DNA from: Candidatus Thorarchaeota archaeon
GTDB lineage: Archaea; Asgardarchaeota; Thorarchaeia; Thorarchaeales; Thorarchaeaceae
DNA length: 64,000 bases
Assembly (NCBI GenBank): GCA_003345545.1
Contig: PRDH01000047.1
Coordinates: forward strand, 8,748-72,747
Direction of reading: 5' to 3'
Shown here: positions 59,693-64,000 of the stretch, one piece after another
How the letters are laid out: every line of letters starts with the position of its first letter
Position numbering within the stretch: the first letter of the stretch is position 1
Made by a program: the position numbers and the translations under genes
The notes under the pieces: model-generated
Seen by the model: only the letters and a program-made list of their open reading frames with translations
Databases searched by the model: none
What the model was told of the DNA's origin: nothing

Positions 59693-62305
59693 TCAGGGGA
59701 CAAGATTCATCCTTCTCTCAATCCATCTACCGCTTGAGTCCGCACTGTAGAACTCAGCCACGGACGCGTAAGCAAAGACTTCGTGATAGTGGTAGTGATG
59801 AGCCTCTTCATCAAAATCGAAATAGAGCTGGAATAGGTCATCAAAATGCTCGCTGAAGGGATTGCCACTCTGTCCTCCGGCAACAACTATTCGAGAATTC
59901 TGTCGACTACTGAGGTCAAGCACATATCTATATACTGGACCGGAGGTCATCTCCCAGCCCTGCGACGGAAACAGTGTGTGCTGTCCTCGAATCGGGCCTC
60001 CCTTAATGGTTGTCAGCCCAGCCATGTGTTCAATGTTCAGAGTGTGATGAAGACCATAGACCCAGTTGTCTGTATCAGAGCCATAGGTTGCATACATCGC
60101 ATTGATAGCTCTCTGCAATGCTCTAAGTAGAATCTGGTCGCGTGTCTCGATAATGCCAGGAGTCCGCTCATCATCAAAATACTCGGATGTGTTGTCCAGA
60201 ATGAGCTGTTCAATTACCGGAGAGCGTGGATAGATGCTAGATGGTAGCGCAGCTGACTTCTGCGGTGAGCTTGACAACTCAGGTTCAAGAAAATGCAATT
60301 CATCAAAGATCTCGTACAGGATCGCATCGAATAGATGCATCCAGACTGTAGGAGCAATGAGTTCTGTCGCCATCTCAAAATCCCATTCACGGAAGTACTC
60401 GACCACTGGCGCAATTGTTGCATTGTAACCCCCGGAATCATCCCATGCAGATACAACTAGAGGCACAATGCTTCTTGCTCTGATTTCGATGGCGTCAGCC
60501 TGAAACCGCATCATGTCCTCTATGGTTACGCTATTGTCACTCGAGAGTAACTCACTGATTCTCCTGCTGCGATAGCCATCAACGAACGGACCCACAATCG
60601 TGTAGTTGTAGGTTGAGGGGTCGATAGGCCTCTGATTAGTTGAAGTGACGAATCCTCTTGACGGATTTATCTCTCGCGGCAAGTGAGCATAAGGTATGTA
60701 ACTGACCATACCTACTGAATCATTCGCAGCAGTGACTGGATATAGTCCACTATAGCCACTTCTTATCGGAAACAGCCCGCATACTGTCATGGCAACGTTA
60801 TTCTCGTTGTCTGCATAGGCGAAATTGAACACTGGATTGTCCCACCAGTAAATAGCATCGAAGAATTCCTCCATGGTATGAGCTTTATTGAATTGCAGAG
60901 CGGCCATGATTAAATGACTCACACCGTTGCCTGTCCAATTCATAGCCAAGTTGCTTGGACTGCCATCTTCCGTTTCTACAACACCATCGATGAGCGGGCC
61001 ATGGACAGAAGTCTTGACCTCAAATGGGATATCAACACCCTCTGAAGTATGGATGTCTTCGCTAATCACATCAAAGGGTCTGAATTCGCCATTATAGTAG
61101 TACTCACTTGCATTCTCTGGGTTCAATTCTTCTACAAAGATATCTAGAACATCGACTCCACCATTTGTGAAGCCCCACGCAATGTAATCATTGAAACCAG
61201 CTTCAATCGAAGGCATTCCAGGCAAGCTGATACCACGAACATTCAGCTCGCCAGGAACGGAGATATGGACTTCATAGACTAGATTCGGTGCAGTCAGTGG
61301 CATATGAGCATCCATACAGAGGATTGGGTAGGTTGTAGCGGATTTGGATCCAGCAACAGCCCAATTATTACTCCCAAGAGTATTCTTGATGCCAAAGGGA
61401 TCCACGATACTCGCAAGTTCGCCGATCAACAGCTCCAGTTTCCGTGTTTCAATATTAGCCGTGTTTTCTTGTGCAGTTAGTAATGGCACGATAGGTGCAG
61501 CATGACCACCAGGTGCGTCGGGATACTCTGAAGAATTCAGATAGGTCTGTTCGCTTATCGTGAAATTCGTATAGGGCATGATATCAGGATACAGAGCCTC
61601 GTATAGTGTATCATTCTGGATATTCTCTCTGAGCCAGAATCTCGCGAGATCGTTGAAATCGCCTGTCAGACCCCAAGTTATGAAGGATGCACCGAGGAAC
61701 ATATCAACCATTGTCCATGGTTCCGGTCGTATTCCTAGGAGCTTGAACTCAATAGGAGTATTCTCGCTTGTCATACGGTCTATGAAGTAATTGATACCTG
61801 CTACTTGTCCTTCCATGAGGTCAAGGGCATATTGTGCCTCTGGATATACTGCAGCATTTTCAATGAACCAGTCCAAACTTGTTTGTGCTGCCCTCTTCAA
61901 TCCGATAGTTCTGTAAATCTTATCAGAGCTATTCGCATAGCCCCCGACAATCTCGCTTATGCGACCTGCTGCAAGACGACTCTGAATAACCATCTGAAAC
62001 AGGCGATCTTTGGCATGCATATAGCCAAGACCCACGTAGGCATCCACGGTGTTGTTTGCGTAGATATGCGGAACTCCATACTGGTCAATCAGGATAACAA
62101 CCTCGTCTTCCAGACCTGGCAGTCTTAACGTCTGCTCAATGGGTTCATTCAGTCCGCGGCCGACATCGAAGACCCCTCCCCAAGGCTGTAATATCCCGAG
62201 GCCGCCCGTCAATGGACCAATTGGCATTGTCAGAAGCACTATCAGAGCAACTGGCCCGATTAGGGAGAAACCGAAGTTGATAATCTTCCTTTTCACGTTC
62301 TCCAA
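59693..62305 (-). CDS. Penicillin acylase family (S45) Ntn-hydrolase, tandem paralog
   Basis: GVPHIYA, KDRLFQ, GSNNW, HGP, STNQR, GGQSGNP. Confidence 0.92.
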   Translation of the reverse strand: MENVKRKIINFGFSLIGPVALIVLLTMPIGPLTGGLGILQPWGGVFDVGRGLNEPIEQTLRLPGLEDEVVILIDQYGVPHIYANNTVDAYVGLGYMHAKDRLFQMVIQSRLAAGRISEIVGGYANSSDKIYRTIGLKRAAQTSLDWFIENAAVYPEAQYALDLMEGQVAGINYFIDRMTSENTPIEFKLLGIRPEPWTMVDMFLGASFITWGLTGDFNDLARFWLRENIQNDTLYEALYPDIMPYTNFTISEQTYLNSSEYPDAPGGHAAPIVPLLTAQENTANIETRKLELLIGELASIVDPFGIKNTLGSNNWAVAGSKSATTYPILCMDAHMPLTAPNLVYEVHISVPGELNVRGISLPGMPSIEAGFNDYIAWGFTNGGVDVLDIFVEELNPENASEYYYNGEFRPFDVISEDIHTSEGVDIPFEVKTSVHGPLIDGVVETEDGSPSNLAMNWTGNGVSHLIMAALQFNKAHTMEEFFDAIYWWDNPVFNFAYADNENNVAMTVCGLFPIRSGYSGLYPVTAANDSVGMVSYIPYAHLPREINPSRGFVTSTNQRPIDPSTYNYTIVGPFVDGYRSRRISELLSSDNSVTIEDMMRFQADAIEIRARSIVPLVVSAWDDSGGYNATIAPVVEYFREWDFEMATELIAPTVWMHLFDAILYEIFDELHFLEPELSSSPQKSAALPSSIYPRSPVIEQLILDNTSEYFDDERTPGIIETRDQILLRALQRAINAMYATYGSDTDNWVYGLHHTLNIEHMAGLTTIKGGPIRGQHTLFPSQGWEMTSGPVYRYVLDLSSRQNSRIVVAGGQSGNPFSEHFDDLFQLYFDFDEEAHHYHYHEVFAYASVAEFYSADSSGRWIERRMNLVP

Positions 62306-62345
62306 CTCTCCCTAGAGTTCAATCAAAGAGCAATGAACAAAGTAT

Positions 62346-62363
62346 CTCTTAAGCGTTCGGAGA
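62346..62363 (-). promoter_or_regulatory. Conserved upstream motif of acylase paralog 2
   Basis: CTCTTAAGC-gtt-CGGAGA, 41 nt from the start codon. Confidence 0.5.
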
Positions 62364-62404
62364 GATGAGAGAATCTGTGTCTGCAGGAATGAATGACTTG
62401 CACT

Positions 62405-62719
62405 CTACTTCCGGAGAGCTCCTCTCCCCATCCTTCGAAGATTGATCAGTTGCAATACAATGTCAAAGAAAAAGAAACTCGCTGCTCCAAGCACTATCCA
62501 GATATGCAGAATAAGGAATTGATAGCTGTCTGCGGGCTCATATATGCGCAACCAGTAGAAATCAGAGAGAAGGCATACAACTATGAAAGCAGACATGACC
62601 AGATAGCAGGTTCTGACTCTGTGCATGGTCAGGGGGGCTCTTCTAACATGGAGATAATATGAAAGTAGGGGGATATAACACCCCGCGAAAAAGGAGAGCT
62701 CTATTAGGGAGTAGCTCAC
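62405..62719 (-). CDS. Small hypothetical membrane protein
   Basis: Three hydrophobic segments; fills the gap between genes. Confidence 0.4.
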   Translation of the reverse strand: MSYSLIELSFFAGCYIPLLSYYLHVRRAPLTMHRVRTCYLVMSAFIVVCLLSDFYWLRIYEPADSYQFLILHIWIVLGAASFFFFDIVLQLINLRRMGRGALRK

Positions 62720-62877
62720 CTTGGTCCACCAACCTATCCTGAAATGAGAGCCATTCTTTTGAATATAGGCTTACTGATTCCTGTATCGTATAGCCACAGT
62801 ATACCCCGTCATTCGTTTTGACGATAGACAAGCTTTTTCTGCAAGCTGCATTGAGGTTAGAAACGTTGTGATCTACC

Positions 62878-63924
62878 ATGGTTAAAACAGATAGTTTTCG
62901 AGGAAGGGATTTCATCACCCTGCTGGAATACACTAAGGAGGAAGTAGAAACCCTCCTTGAGGTCGGTCTTGACCTGAAACGTAAGTTCGCAACAGGCGAG
63001 CCGCACAAGCTGCTTGATGCGAAGACACTCTTCATGATCTTCTATAACCAGAGTCTGAGAACTCGCAACTCCTTTGAGGCGGGAATGACGCAGCTAGGCG
63101 GTCATGCACACTATCTTGACCCCGATAAGATATATGCGCCTGCCTTGGAAGGCGATGAGAAGGCCTATTCCACGGAACGCGTGTCCGATGTAGCACGTGT
63201 TCTCGCACGGATGGGTCATGGTATTGCGATTAGATGCTATGGAGACCCTGTTGGTTGGATATATGGTCGCGCCAACGAAATCATCCGGAACTTTGCACAC
63301 TGGAGCAGTATCCCGGTGATCAACATGGAGGACGACAAGTATCACCCCTGCCAGGCCCTAGCAGACCTTATGACTGTGAAGGAGAAGTTTGGCACGTTCA
63401 AGGGGGTGAAATTCGTCATGTCATGGGCCTACTCACCCTCAGTGCACAAGCCGCTGGCAGTACCACAGAGTGCAGTCATTGCAGCAACCAAGATGGGCAT
63501 GGAAACAGTACTGGCTCACCCAAAGGGTATGGAACTTGATGATGAAGTCATCAAGCAGTGCAAGATCTACGCTGAAGAGAATGAGTCGAGTTTCGACATA
63601 GTCAATGACATGGACGAAGCCTTCGAGGGAGCAGATGTTGTGTATCCAAAGGCTTGGACATGCAGAGGCAACATTCCTCCGTGGAGCGCCAAACCTGATC
63701 TTCAGAAGTCACAGATTCTCTTTGATAAGAATAAACACTGGATCTGCGATGATGCAAAGATGAAGATCGCTGGACCAAAGGCAAAGTACATGCACTGCCT
63801 ACCGTGCGACCGTGGCTTCGAGGTCACGAACTCCGTTATTGATGGACCTCAGTCCATTGCATTCGATCAAGCAGAAAACAGACTACATGCTCAGAAGGCA
63901 GTCATGGCTCTAACAATGAGGTAG
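62878..63924 (+). CDS. YgeW/N-acetylornithine carbamoyltransferase-like (knotted) transcarbamylase
   Basis: NQSLRTRNSFE, HPCQALAD, MSWAYSPSVHKPLAVPQS, YPKAW, HCLPCDR, AENRLH. Confidence 0.82.
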   Translation: MVKTDSFRGRDFITLLEYTKEEVETLLEVGLDLKRKFATGEPHKLLDAKTLFMIFYNQSLRTRNSFEAGMTQLGGHAHYLDPDKIYAPALEGDEKAYSTERVSDVARVLARMGHGIAIRCYGDPVGWIYGRANEIIRNFAHWSSIPVINMEDDKYHPCQALADLMTVKEKFGTFKGVKFVMSWAYSPSVHKPLAVPQSAVIAATKMGMETVLAHPKGMELDDEVIKQCKIYAEENESSFDIVNDMDEAFEGADVVYPKAWTCRGNIPPWSAKPDLQKSQILFDKNKHWICDDAKMKIAGPKAKYMHCLPCDRGFEVTNSVIDGPQSIAFDQAENRLHAQKAVMALTMR

Positions 63925-63935
63925 TGGAATAAACG

Positions 63936-63972
63936 CTGAGGACATACGTGTGTCCTCAGTCAGTCTCTTTTT
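63936..63972 (+). terminator. Stem-loop plus T-tract after transcarbamylase
   Basis: CTGAGGACA-N6-TGTCCTCAG followed by TCTTTTT. Confidence 0.6.
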
Positions 63973-64000
63973 CTATACAGAACGTGGGTCGTTATGAAAC

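Noticed and set aside
1-64000. CRISPR arrays, tRNA/rRNA, IS elements, integrases
   Set aside because: No regularly spaced repeats, RNA-gene signatures or transposase/integrase motifs were seen on manual reading; short ncRNAs could have been missed.

Overview
Gene-dense archaeal chromosomal segment with no rRNA, tRNA, CRISPR or intact mobile element recognised. Gene content points to an Asgard archaeon, probably Thorarchaeia-like; this is inference from a Rab-like GTPase without a prenylation motif, a tungsten AOR, TATA-like promoters and frequent GTG/TTG starts. The window is dominated by peptide/amide scavenging: TldD/TldE, HtpX-like M48, M20, a C45 Ntn-hydrolase, two S45 acylases, two Dpp/Opp ABC operons plus two orphan ATPases, AOR and two non-canonical carbamoyltransferases. 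It also carries O2 defence genes (rubredoxin, rubrerythrin, FprA, thioredoxin) and a class I GAPDH. The most notable content is a dispersed set of candidate membrane-trafficking and surface-anchoring proteins: a Rab-like GTPase directly upstream of a disrupted Yip1-family gene, a membrane-anchored adaptin-appendage-like protein, a p24/GOLD-like type I protein, and a PIG-N/Mcd4-like phosphoethanolamine transferase convergent with a secreted protein carrying a PEF-CTERM-like tail. Two small genes below the ORF-track cutoff (rubredoxin and a small Cys-rich protein) were read manually. All family assignments come from recalled motifs, not from database searches.
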